This document shows positions 50,795-60,965 of a stretch of DNA of 64,000 nt, piece by piece; the first letter of the stretch is position 1, and each line of letters opens with the position of its first letter. The stretch lies in NCBI GenBank assembly GCA_036630325.1, contig CP142729.1, forward strand, positions 124,001-188,000, in the 5' to 3' direction. The notes beneath the pieces are model-generated. The model was not told the origin of the DNA. It was given only the letters and a program-made list of their open reading frames with translations, and made no database searches. This DNA is from Vairimorpha necatrix. Its lineage: Eukaryota. The translations under genes were made by a program, and so were the position numbers.

Positions 50795-51000
50795 GAAATT
50801 TAATATGTGTTTCTAAAAAATTTCATATGTGTTAAAAAAAATTTTATGTGTTTTAGAAAAAAATTTAATATGTGTTAAAAAAAAAATTTAATATGTGTTT
50901 TAGAAAAAAATTTAATATGTGTTTTTTAGTTTTTTAGAAACAAAATTTTATGTGTGTTTTTTTAAAAAATTTTATGTGTTTTTAGAAAAAAAAAAATATT
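50795..51000. repeat. Low-complexity ~23-bp tandem repeat
   Basis: About eight AAAAATTT(A/T)ATATGTGTTTT-like units. Confidence 0.8.
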
Positions 51001-51049
51001 TTAACGAATATTTTTTATATATAAAAAAAAAAGTTACTGTAAGTTTGGA

Positions 51050-51837
51050 TTTTTTTTCTTGCAAGTAAGAGGTAGGGAGAAACCTTACATAGGGACCAGA
51101 GGGATTTGAGTGTGATCCTCATCCAACTGGTACTGTGAGATTCTTACTCACTAAAACTCCCTCCATACAGTTTGCCGGTGCAGCAAGCTCCGCCGTATCC
51201 ATTGGACTTTGGCTCCAGGAGAACACTTTCCATTTATACCTCCAATCGCGTCCAGAGTGACCTCACAGCGGATATACTTAACGGGCATGGTTATCTATAA
51301 CCCGAGGAGAGACATCATCGTACTACTCAAAGGTCCCTACAATCATCTGTATTGCACACACGGCTCCTTACACGACCACATCACCAGCCCGACGTTTTTT
51401 ATTGGGCTGCGTTGACCACCAGTATTCCACTAGTTTCGGCCACCGTGCTACAGAATCTTGTAAGATGGGGTCCACGAGATCTTCTGTTGCCCTACTTCTT
51501 CTAGTCTCTTAGTTAGCTCTAGAATCCCACCCTGGAGTGCACCAGCCATGGGCTCCAACTAGGCCGTACCCATTAGATACTTTTATGTATCATTAAGTCA
51601 CCAAAGGGTGATACTGCTTTTTGGCCTTGAGGTGCGTTCTACACTAGATGCTAATCCCCTTGTGGCTGGACACACACAAGTTTCATTGAATCAACTTAAT
51701 GATTATCGTGGACATTTTCATCATTTAAGTTGTTCCAACTGCATCATGTAAAGTAGAAACAATTTTGGTGCCCCTGGGGATCGAACCCAGCCATTGCTCA
51801 ATGGAAGCATTGCATTCTACCACTGTGCTAAGGGCAC
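51050..51837 (-). mobile_element. tRNA-headed SINE-like element
   Basis: Minus-strand head GTGCCCTTAGCACAGTGG...GGTTCGATCCCCAGGGGCACCA with box A/B; ~715-bp non-coding body; A-tail. Confidence 0.85.
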
Positions 51838-52119
51838 TTTTTTTTAATTTATATAATATCGAAGAATACTTTTAAGTTATAAATTATTTTATGAAGCAAA
51901 AAAAAGAATTCTTTGATCATAATTCTTATTCATGATAATTTTAATGAATTTTATATAGTAAATTAATTCAACAATAAATGGTTATAAACAAGTAAAATAT
52001 TATTTTTAAGTCCTAATCCAAAACAGAGAATAACTATGTTAAATTGTAATATATCAAAATAATTTGGTTTTTCCTAAGATATAGAAAATAAATTTAGAAA
52101 ATAGAATTTATTGTTCTTT

Positions 52120-53861
52120 TTATTTTTTCTCTTTTTTGTTTCTTTCTGTCGGTAATTTTTCTTCTTTGGCAGTTTTTTTTGATAATAAATTTATAATATT
52201 TTCAGTATTTTTTTGCACCTCCTTTTCATTAAGTCCCATATTTTTTATTATTTCTTCCTTTACAAATTCACATTTGTATTCATATTCTTCAATTGCGCAT
52301 GTAGAACGATCTAATCTCGTAAATAATGATAATATTTTGCATATTTGATATAGAATCTCCTTTTTATACTCTCTTATTATATCAATATAGCCATTTTCTA
52401 GCTCTTTTACTATGTTTACCATATTAATGCCCCTAGAATTTTTTTTTAATTTATTTTTTGCCTTTTTATTTTCCGGAACAATTAAATTATAAATTTCTTT
52501 AAGAGATTTAAAAAGATAATCATCGCTTACATCGTTTTTATTTATATATTTTTCTGCTTCTATTAGCAAACAGATATTAATCAAGTAACATGCATTGCAA
52601 GTATTGTTATTGTCAATTAAAAAATATCTAAGATCTATTGCAATTTTTTTTTTTCATCTTCTAAAGTATTGTAAGTTCCTATTAACTTTCCTGTTTTAAA
52701 GTCTAGATCTTGTGCATCTATTATACAAATAAAAAGTAAAATATAATTGAATATTAGACTTATAGCAGAATCTTGGTTATTAAAAATTTTCATTATGAGG
52801 AATTCGATTTTATTATGGTGATGTAGTAATCTACAAACACATTGAACATATGAGCAATCATCAGTGTTTTTCAGAAGGTATATTTTGTTAATTGTTTTTT
52901 TTAGTTCTGTAAACTTTTTTTGCCCTATATAATTTTTATTGTTAGCTGATCTATTCAATGCGTAAAAATATTCTTTTTTTTCCAATTGGAATTTCACAGA
53001 GCCTGGATTTATTTCTAGCACCATTTTGTGTATATGCCCAAGTTCGATTTTATTAGATGTAATTTTGCAGTAATTTCCGCAGCTATAACTTTTCATATAT
53101 TTAGCATCTGCAACTTTATATAATCTTAATAATCTCATTAAAATTTCTTTCTTTCCTTTAAATTCATCCTCAATTGCTATGTTGACCAAGCTATTAACGT
53201 CTTTATTGTCAATTTCGTTCAAATTAAATTCAAATAGGTAACAAATATTGTTTTTTTCAATACAAAATCTAATATAGTAAATATTGGTATATCTGTTATA
53301 ATAGAAAGATATTGGGATGTCTGGTATACGCAACTTATATTTGTTATAGTTATTAAAATTTTCAATTTCCCTAAGTATTTTGTTTAGGTGACAATCTTCA
53401 TAAGAAATGTTTTTGTAAAATATTTTATCTGTATTCTTTTCACTTCTACTTTTATTATTTTCTATTATTTTTTCGATAATTTGTTTCGCAAACGAACTAT
53501 ACGTGTAATTATAAAGGCTATAAAACAATACAATGTTTTTATCGTACGATAAATTTATTATGTTTTTTATATTTTCTTCTAAAATCTTGATATTATCATT
53601 AATTGATTTTCCTTCATAGTTAAAACTAAAATTTTCCGTGTGTTGTTTTTTTTCGTCAATACTTATATCTTTTATTGTGCAGTTTATTTCTTTATTATAA
53701 TAGTGTACACGTAGAAATACTCTAGTATAATCTTTGTTTGAATCATAAACTGTATAATCACCTTTTTTAATTGCATTAAACAGGTTGTCTTTTATATTTC
53801 TGTAATTAATTTGATTAGATCTTACAAAAAAAATAGCAAAAAATATTTTGAGTAACTTCAT
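52120..53861 (-). CDS. MKLLKIF signal-peptide family protein, split by a 1-bp indel in an A11 run
   Basis: ORFs 53861-52635 and 52584-52120 join if one A is added at 52644-52654; paralog of 60966-62705. Confidence 0.85.
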
Positions 53862-54413
53862 TGGGGTAAAAAGAAGTTAGTATATTTATATGAAAAAATT
53901 TAAAGGAGAAAAATACTATGTTCATTTAACTATAGTAATGTCACAAATTCGTACAAATTTATAAATTTTTCAACTACATGTCAAATGTCTTCTTTTTAGC
54001 GATGTGTGTCAAAAAACTCAGTAAAATGTCACTGCCCCTATTTTCTGCAATTGTGAACATATTGAATCGCAATAATTATAGAAGAATAATATTTAGGCAT
54101 TTATAAATATGTCACCGACTAAAAATTAAGAACTTTTTGTGGAAATATAAATTTTTTATATAATTGCAATGTACGCAAATTTTCTCCTAAAGCCGACATT
54201 AGCCAATCATTTTAATTTAGTAAAACAACTTTTTACATTTGCAATTTTTGCTTACTTAAATTTGATTTTGACATAGCATATTTTATCTTTAAAAATTTTA
54301 TACTATTTTTGGAGACTTATTACTATAAATAATTGATGTGTTGTGCAATATAAGGCATTAATTGTGTTTTACAAATAGTTATCTAAAGCTTCCATTTTTT
54401 AAACGAACTTTTT

Positions 54414-55391
54414 GGAGCTTTGGCCCACTATGGTCAGAAAAAGGGTATTTAAGTAAATTTGTAATTTTTTTGCCCCAAAAATGAAAAGTCGAGAGGAGGA
54501 GCTCATGAACATTTTTTCAACAGCAATCGAAAACAAGACAGTAAAGTGTACAAAATGTGATGCTGATTGTAAAACGACTAAAAAAAACAAATATGTAGCT
54601 ATATGTAAATGGAAAGCTTGTAAAGTCAAGGTGTCATTATTAAAAGACACTCCATTTTATTGCGAAAAGACAAGTATATTAGATATTTTGTTAGTAATAA
54701 AACTATGGTCTTGTAAAGTTAAACAGACTGCCATATGTGAATTTCTGGGCATTAGTCAAAAATGCATAAGACATATAATAATAAAACATTATCTATTGTG
54801 GAAAATACTGTTTATAATTTAACTGGTAAAATAGGTGGACCAGGAATAATAGTAGAAATAGATGAATCCAAATTTGGTAAAGTGAAATATCACAAAGGCC
54901 ATCGTGTCGATGGTGTCTGGGTTTTTGGGATGGTTGAAAGAACCACCCAAAGGAAGATTGTAATGATTCCAGTAGACAATAGAAGAGCTGACACTTTAGA
55001 AGAAATAATTAAAAATTATGTTCACAGAGAATCAATAATACACAGTGACTGCTTTAAGTCTTACAGCAAATTAAAAGATATATTTGCAGAGCATAAAACT
55101 GTTAATCATTCCATTGAATTTGTGAACAATATCAATAGCTGTCATACTAACACTATTGAAGGAAATTGGTTTGGTATAAAAAATGAAACTTCAGTAAACA
55201 CAGAACAAGAACACTGATTTCTGGTTCACAATAAGATTTATGTTAAAAAGAAATTTTAAAGGAGATGTATTTACAAATATTATTAAATTTATTTTTTCTT
55301 CCTTTTTTCCCGTTTTGACTTTCCAAAAAAAGGGTGTTTTTTTTAAAAAAAATATTTATAGCCAAAAACGCTCATTGTGGGCCTTTTAGCC
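54414..55391 (+). mobile_element. Merlin (IS1595-like) DNA transposon, frameshifted
   Basis: GGPGIIVEIDESKFG, WVFG, HSD, TVNHS, TNTIEG; imperfect TIRs with core GGCCCACwATG; TSD GAACTTTT/GAATTTTT; empty site at about 63251. Confidence 0.93.
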
Positions 55392-55864
55392 GAATTTTTG
55401 CATAATGTTTTAAGATTTGGTGATTACGTTTTTTAAGAAGAAAAGTATTACGTAGCATCATGATTAATATAAGAAATTTTACAAATAACAACAACAAAAT
55501 TGAATTCATTTTGTAATGTTGGTGCCTACATGATAATGACAGATGTTATAAATTCCACCTGTCATATATTTTAAAAGACCTGTCAGATACCCCCTATGGC
55601 CAATAAAATTGTGTCATATTAACAAACAAAAAAATAGAGGGTGTATTGTTGGTAAAGCATCGAAAGTCACCAATGTTGTATTCTTTTTAGAATAAAACAT
55701 AATAGAAAGTATGATCAGAAGAACAGGGTGATTGGAGAAACTAAGTAAAAGAGCTGCGCTGAGAAGGCCAACAACAATGTTGACAAACTCTATATATATA
55801 TATATATATATATATGAATTTTTGTGGAAATCTAATACAATAATAGTAAAGTCCCTGTGATACA

Positions 55865-56654
55865 TTTTTTTTTTTGCAAGTAAGAGGTAGGGAGAAAACT
55901 TACATAGGGACCAGAGGGATTTGAGTGTGATCCTCATCTAACTGGTACTGTGAGATTCTATACACCTAAAACTCCCTCCATACAACTTGCCGGTGCAGCA
56001 AGCTCAGCCGTATCCTTTGGACTTTAGTCCAGGATGAAACCTTTCCATTTATACCTCCAATCGCGTCCAGAGTAACCTCACAGCGGATATACTTAACGGG
56101 CATGGTTATCTATAACCCGAGGAAAGACATCATCGTTCTGACTCAAAGGTCCCTACAATCATCTTTATTGCACACACGGCTCCTTACACGACAACATCAC
56201 CAGCCCGACGTTTTTATTGGGCTGCGTTGACCACCAGTCTCCCACTAGTTTCGGCCACCGTGTTACAGAATCATGTAGGATAGGGTCCACGAGACCTTAT
56301 ATTGCCCTACTTCCTCTAGTCTCTTAGTTAGCTCTAGAATCCCACCCTGGAGTGCACCAGCCATGGGCTCCAACTAGGCCGTACCCATTAGATACTTTTA
56401 TGTATCATTAAGTCACCAAAGAGTGATGCTGCTTTTTGGCTTTGAGGTGCGTTTCTACACTAGATGGTAATCCTCTTGTGGCTGGACACACACAAGTTTC
56501 ATTGAATCAACTTAATGACTATCGTGGACATTTTCATCATTTGAGTTGTTCCAACTGCATCATAGAAAGTAGAAACAATTTGGTGCCCCTGGGACTCGAA
56601 CCCAGCCCATTGGTCAATGGAAGCATCGCCTTCTACCACTGGGCTAAGGGGACC
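55865..56654 (-). mobile_element. tRNA-headed SINE-like element, second full copy
   Basis: Highly similar to 51050-51837; head GGTCCCCTTAGCCCAGTGG...GGTTCGAGTCCCAGGGGCACCA; A11 tail. Confidence 0.85.
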
Positions 56655-56736
56655 TTTTTAATTTATATAATATCGAAGAATACTTTTAAGTTATAGATTA
56701 TTTTATGAAGCAAAAAAAAGAATTCTTTGATCATAA

Positions 56737-59700
56737 TGTTACCGGCTGTGTTGCACACACCAATAATCAGACTAAAACTGAAAGATGAAACAAATCATAA
56801 TGATCTGAAACATGATTGTTTCAGATCCGAAACTAAAACTATTTAAGAAATCTTAAATAGAATAAAGATGCCAAATAAATATAGTTCTTCTTCTAATAAA
56901 AAGCCTTCTTCAATAACCAGCTCTCCTTCTGGTAACACTGGCGACAACTATTCGAAATCCAACGAATTGGGCCACCTACTAGAAAAATTAGGGATATCTA
57001 CTAACACAATGGTGAAATTCAACGGTACCCAAGGCGAGAATGCATGGGTCTGGATTAATCAATTTAAATACCTCGAGGGAGAATGGAATGATATAAAACT
57101 GCTCAACTACATTAAAAGATACTTAGGGGAATCAGCTCTCCTATGGTATGAGGCTGTAATTGAAGACGAGGTGGAAGGATATATGGAATTCAAACAGAAA
57201 TTTCTAACAAAATATGGGAAAGAAGAATTCCGGGAGGGAATTAATCCCATTAAAATGCTTTATAAGAGACTATACTCTGGACCTGTAAATATGAAAATTG
57301 AAAACTTTATATACGAACTAATGAAGCTTAACAAGAAAGCAGGAGTTAGCGTGTCTGAAATTACGGAGGAGTTGGCTAGATATTTCCCACCGTCACTTAA
57401 AGAAAAGGTGGAAGAGGCAACGTCATGGTACGTTGTACTAGAGATTTACGAGAGAAATCGTAAATTTATTGAGAGTTCAAGGCAGAGACCTGAACAGAGT
57501 AGGCCAAGAGAAGCGAGGACTTTGAGGTCAGATACTACAAGGACTAAAGAGAGTCCAAAAAAGCTAGTATGCTATAAGTGCGGAGGCGAGCACTTATTTA
57601 AGGACTGCAAGAAACACGAAGGGAAAAAAGTGTTATTAGTTGAAGCAGATCCTGTGTCAAGGGACACAAATTTCACTACGGTAGAAGGATCTTTCAATGG
57701 CAACGTAGTCAGAATACTTTTTGATTCAGGTGCCTCTAACTCATTTATTAATGAAAACTTAGTTAGCAGAGAAGAACTAAGAAAGGTAAAGGGAGTCACA
57801 CTCAGAACTGCAATATCTAGCACTTTAGTAAATGATTCATTGGAAGCGAAAATCAATATTAGTGGGGAGCGATTCAAAACAACATTGCTCGTTGTGCCAA
57901 ACCTGAATGAAAGCATTATACTCGGGCGCGACTTTATGATAAAGCACGGAGTCAAAATAGATCATGGAGATCAGACAATCAGGTTAAACAATAAAACTAT
58001 TAACTCCTATATCTTGTTAAGCACGAGGCGACCTAAACTTCTAACTATTGATGCGAACCCCCAAGGGAAGCAAACTTCGATTACAAAGCTCATAGACCGT
58101 TATAAGACACGAGTATCTAAGCACAAGGGAACAAGTTCAAAAGTAGAACATGAAATACAACTAACGGTCCCTAAAGTTATATGTAAACGAAATTACCCTT
58201 TGAGTCTAGACAAAAGGAAATTCATACAGGAAGAAGTCGAGAGACTATTAGACGAAGGAATAATCGAGGAAAGCACGAGCACATGGAATGCCCCTACAGT
58301 AGTGGCACCGAAAAGGGACGGCGGTATGCGATTGTGCATAGACTTCAGGGAGTTAAACGAGATCACTGTGAAAGAAGTTTGTCAACCCCCATTAATTGAA
58401 GAATGCTTAACGTACTTGAGCGGCGCGAGGATATACTCCCAGCTAGATCTGGAAAAGGGATATTACCAAATACCCATGAAAAAAGAATCAAAGAAGCTCA
58501 CTGCGTTCATGACACCATCTGGGAAGTTTCAATTTCGACGAATGCCCTTTGGTCTGACAAATGCGCCAGCAACATTCCAAAGCTTAATGTATAAAATATT
58601 TAGAAAACAACTAAATAGAACCACGGTAGTCTACTTAGATGATATCTTTGTATACTCAAAAACAAGGGCAGAGCACGAGGTTCACCTTAAAGAGGTTTTT
58701 GATATTTTAGCTGAAAATAACTTACAAATAAATTTTAAGAAAAGTAAGTTTATGACAAATACAATCGATATTCTTGGATATACTATAGTCTCGGGGTCAG
58801 TGACGCCTGATAAATCACGAATGGGGCCGCTAGAAACAGCGCTTGAGTTAAAGAATATTAAACAACTACAATCAGCTATCGGACTCTTGGGATTCTATCG
58901 TATGTTCATAAGAAACTTTAGTGAAAAGGCCCTAGATATATACCGGGTTATTAACGAGAAAGGCCCGATCACAACGAAGGTAAGAGAAGACGTAGATTCT
59001 ATTAGATTGGAACTAATAAACAGTCCATGGCTAGCACTTCCCGATATGAAACTACCATTTATTATTGAAGCAGACGCTTCGGACTCGTGTATCGGGGGAG
59101 CCCTTAAACAGGCACAAGCAGGCAAAGAAGTAACGATACGCTGTGCGAGTAGAGTTCTGAATAAGCATGAACGAAACTACACGACCCTAGAGAAAGAAAC
59201 TCTAGCTATAATATTCTCAGTTAAGAGCTTTAAAATGTACTTACACAATGAGTTTACAATTAAGAGCGACCATAAGCCCCTCATGTGGCTGTATAAAGTG
59301 AAAAATCCACAAGGAAGGATAGCTCGGTGGTTGATGTTTCTGAGCGATTTACGCTTCAAGATAGAGTACAAGGAAGGAAAATCACATATCCTACCAGATT
59401 GCCTATCTAGAATAAATGCGTTAAACATGCAGCTTATACCATATTCCGAGGAGAAGAGCATAAAAGACTTGATAAGAGAAGCACACTCTTACATAGGACA
59501 TGGAGGAATAGAAGCGACCATCCTGTTTTTAAAATCACACAGATTAGCGTCTAGTATCAAGAAGGAAGACGTAAAAAAGATCATAAACGGCTGTGTGACG
59601 TGCCTAGAACATAAGAAACCACGTAAAAAGTTCGTAGTGTTCCCAACGAGACTGGATTCGGCTTTTAAAATGATCGGAATTGACTGTATAGGCCCTCTAC

Positions 59701-60762
59701 CCAAATGTTCGTCGGGTAAAAGATTCATTATAGTAGCAACAGACTATATGACAAGATGGGTAGAGGCGAAGGCAGTGAAGCATAAATCTGCATTCGAAAT
59801 CGCAAAATTTATTATGGAAGATATCTTCTGTCGACACGGTACAGTAGAAATAATTCGAAGCGACCAGGGATTAGAATTCACTAATCAAATTGTAAAAAAG
59901 ATTACGGAGCTATTTGGTGCTCACTTCAGACACTCGAGCCCCTATCATCCACAATCAAATGGACTTGTGGAACGTACAAACCAAAGTTTAGTAGTGAAGT
60001 TATCAAAGGCGGTAACGGATTATCAGAGCCAATGGGATAGGATATTACCACTTGTACTTATGCAGTACAGGTTGTCCCCTATAGAGAAATTGCACATGTC
60101 TCCGTTTGAAATGCTCTATGGCAGGAAAGGTGTACTACCTACCGCATTAGAAGAACTGCCAAGCGACTTTGAAATGCTGTTTATAACCCCTGCGGATTAT
60201 CTGAGCGAACGTACAAGACTGACTAACCAGATAAGAGAATTCGTATGTGCGAAGAGAGATGAGGATATTAGGAAATATGATGAACAGAAGTCGAGCAAAC
60301 TTTCCGCCGACGACGTAAAAGAAGGAACATTGGTGTTTATCAGAAATAGAAATATGAGAAGCAAACTTGATAAAAAATACATCGGACCCTACATGGTCAC
60401 AAAAAACAAACTAAAAGGAGCCTATGAAGTAAGGAGTCTTGAAGATGGAATAGAACACTCTATAAACCGAAATTATTTTGTAGTATATAAGAAAGACGAC
60501 GATATATTGGAGAATATAACATCTTCCCTGGAAGTGAAGCCTTGTTCTAAGGAGGGGAGAGTGTTACCGGCTGTGTTGCACACACCAATAATCAGACTAA
60601 AACTGAAAGATGAAACAAATCATAATGATCTGAAACATGATTGTTTCAGATCCGAAACTAAAACTATTTAAGAAATCTTAAATAGAATAAATATGCCAAA
60701 TAAATATAGTTCTTCTTCTAATAAAAAGCCTTCTTCAATAACCAGCTCTCCTTCTGGTAACA
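56737..60762 (+). mobile_element. Intact young Ty3/Gypsy LTR retrotransposon
   Basis: 201-bp LTRs (56737-56937, 60562-60762) with TGTTACC..GGTAACA ends; TSD CATAA; PBS-like TGGCGAC; PPT AAGGAGGGGAGAG; empty site at about 51918. Confidence 0.97.
56868..60671 (+). CDS. Gag-Pol polyprotein
   Basis: 1267 aa: gag, CYKCGGEHLFKDC, FDSGA protease, YLDD RT, RNase H, HHCC-DDE integrase, GPY. Confidence 0.95.
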   Translation: MPNKYSSSSNKKPSSITSSPSGNTGDNYSKSNELGHLLEKLGISTNTMVKFNGTQGENAWVWINQFKYLEGEWNDIKLLNYIKRYLGESALLWYEAVIEDEVEGYMEFKQKFLTKYGKEEFREGINPIKMLYKRLYSGPVNMKIENFIYELMKLNKKAGVSVSEITEELARYFPPSLKEKVEEATSWYVVLEIYERNRKFIESSRQRPEQSRPREARTLRSDTTRTKESPKKLVCYKCGGEHLFKDCKKHEGKKVLLVEADPVSRDTNFTTVEGSFNGNVVRILFDSGASNSFINENLVSREELRKVKGVTLRTAISSTLVNDSLEAKINISGERFKTTLLVVPNLNESIILGRDFMIKHGVKIDHGDQTIRLNNKTINSYILLSTRRPKLLTIDANPQGKQTSITKLIDRYKTRVSKHKGTSSKVEHEIQLTVPKVICKRNYPLSLDKRKFIQEEVERLLDEGIIEESTSTWNAPTVVAPKRDGGMRLCIDFRELNEITVKEVCQPPLIEECLTYLSGARIYSQLDLEKGYYQIPMKKESKKLTAFMTPSGKFQFRRMPFGLTNAPATFQSLMYKIFRKQLNRTTVVYLDDIFVYSKTRAEHEVHLKEVFDILAENNLQINFKKSKFMTNTIDILGYTIVSGSVTPDKSRMGPLETALELKNIKQLQSAIGLLGFYRMFIRNFSEKALDIYRVINEKGPITTKVREDVDSIRLELINSPWLALPDMKLPFIIEADASDSCIGGALKQAQAGKEVTIRCASRVLNKHERNYTTLEKETLAIIFSVKSFKMYLHNEFTIKSDHKPLMWLYKVKNPQGRIARWLMFLSDLRFKIEYKEGKSHILPDCLSRINALNMQLIPYSEEKSIKDLIREAHSYIGHGGIEATILFLKSHRLASSIKKEDVKKIINGCVTCLEHKKPRKKFVVFPTRLDSAFKMIGIDCIGPLPKCSSGKRFIIVATDYMTRWVEAKAVKHKSAFEIAKFIMEDIFCRHGTVEIIRSDQGLEFTNQIVKKITELFGAHFRHSSPYHPQSNGLVERTNQSLVVKLSKAVTDYQSQWDRILPLVLMQYRLSPIEKLHMSPFEMLYGRKGVLPTALEELPSDFEMLFITPADYLSERTRLTNQIREFVCAKRDEDIRKYDEQKSSKLSADDVKEGTLVFIRNRNMRSKLDKKYIGPYMVTKNKLKGAYEVRSLEDGIEHSINRNYFVVYKKDDDILENITSSLEVKPCSKEGRVLPAVLHTPIIRLKLKDETNHNDLKHDCFRSETKTI

Positions 60763-60965
60763 CATAATTCTTATTCATGATAATTTAAGGAATTCTATAT
60801 AGTAAATTAATTCAACAATTAATGGTTATAAACAAGTAAAATATTACTTTTAAGTCATAATCCAAAACAGAAAATAACTATGTTAAATGGTTTTATATCA
60901 AAATCATATAGTTTTTTCCCTTGAATATAGAAAATAAATTTAGAAAATAAAATTTATTGTTCTTT

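Noticed and set aside
50795-51000. Telomeric repeat
   Set aside because: Irregular AT-rich units, not TTAGG-like, and internal.
51209-51415. Short ORFs within SINE copies (also 11546-11809, 56436-56696)
   Set aside because: Not conserved between copies; chance ORFs.
51420-51450. Hammerhead ribozyme (GCCGAAAC on the minus strand)
   Set aside because: No CUGANGA core found at a suitable distance.
51766-51837. Functional tRNA-Met/Trp gene
   Set aside because: Extra base before box A, irregular anticodon arm that differs between copies, no terminator after the head, always fused to the same long body.
55790-55816. (TA)n tract and ORF 55614-55937
   Set aside because: Ordinary microsatellite; the ORF is low-complexity and crosses the SINE boundary.
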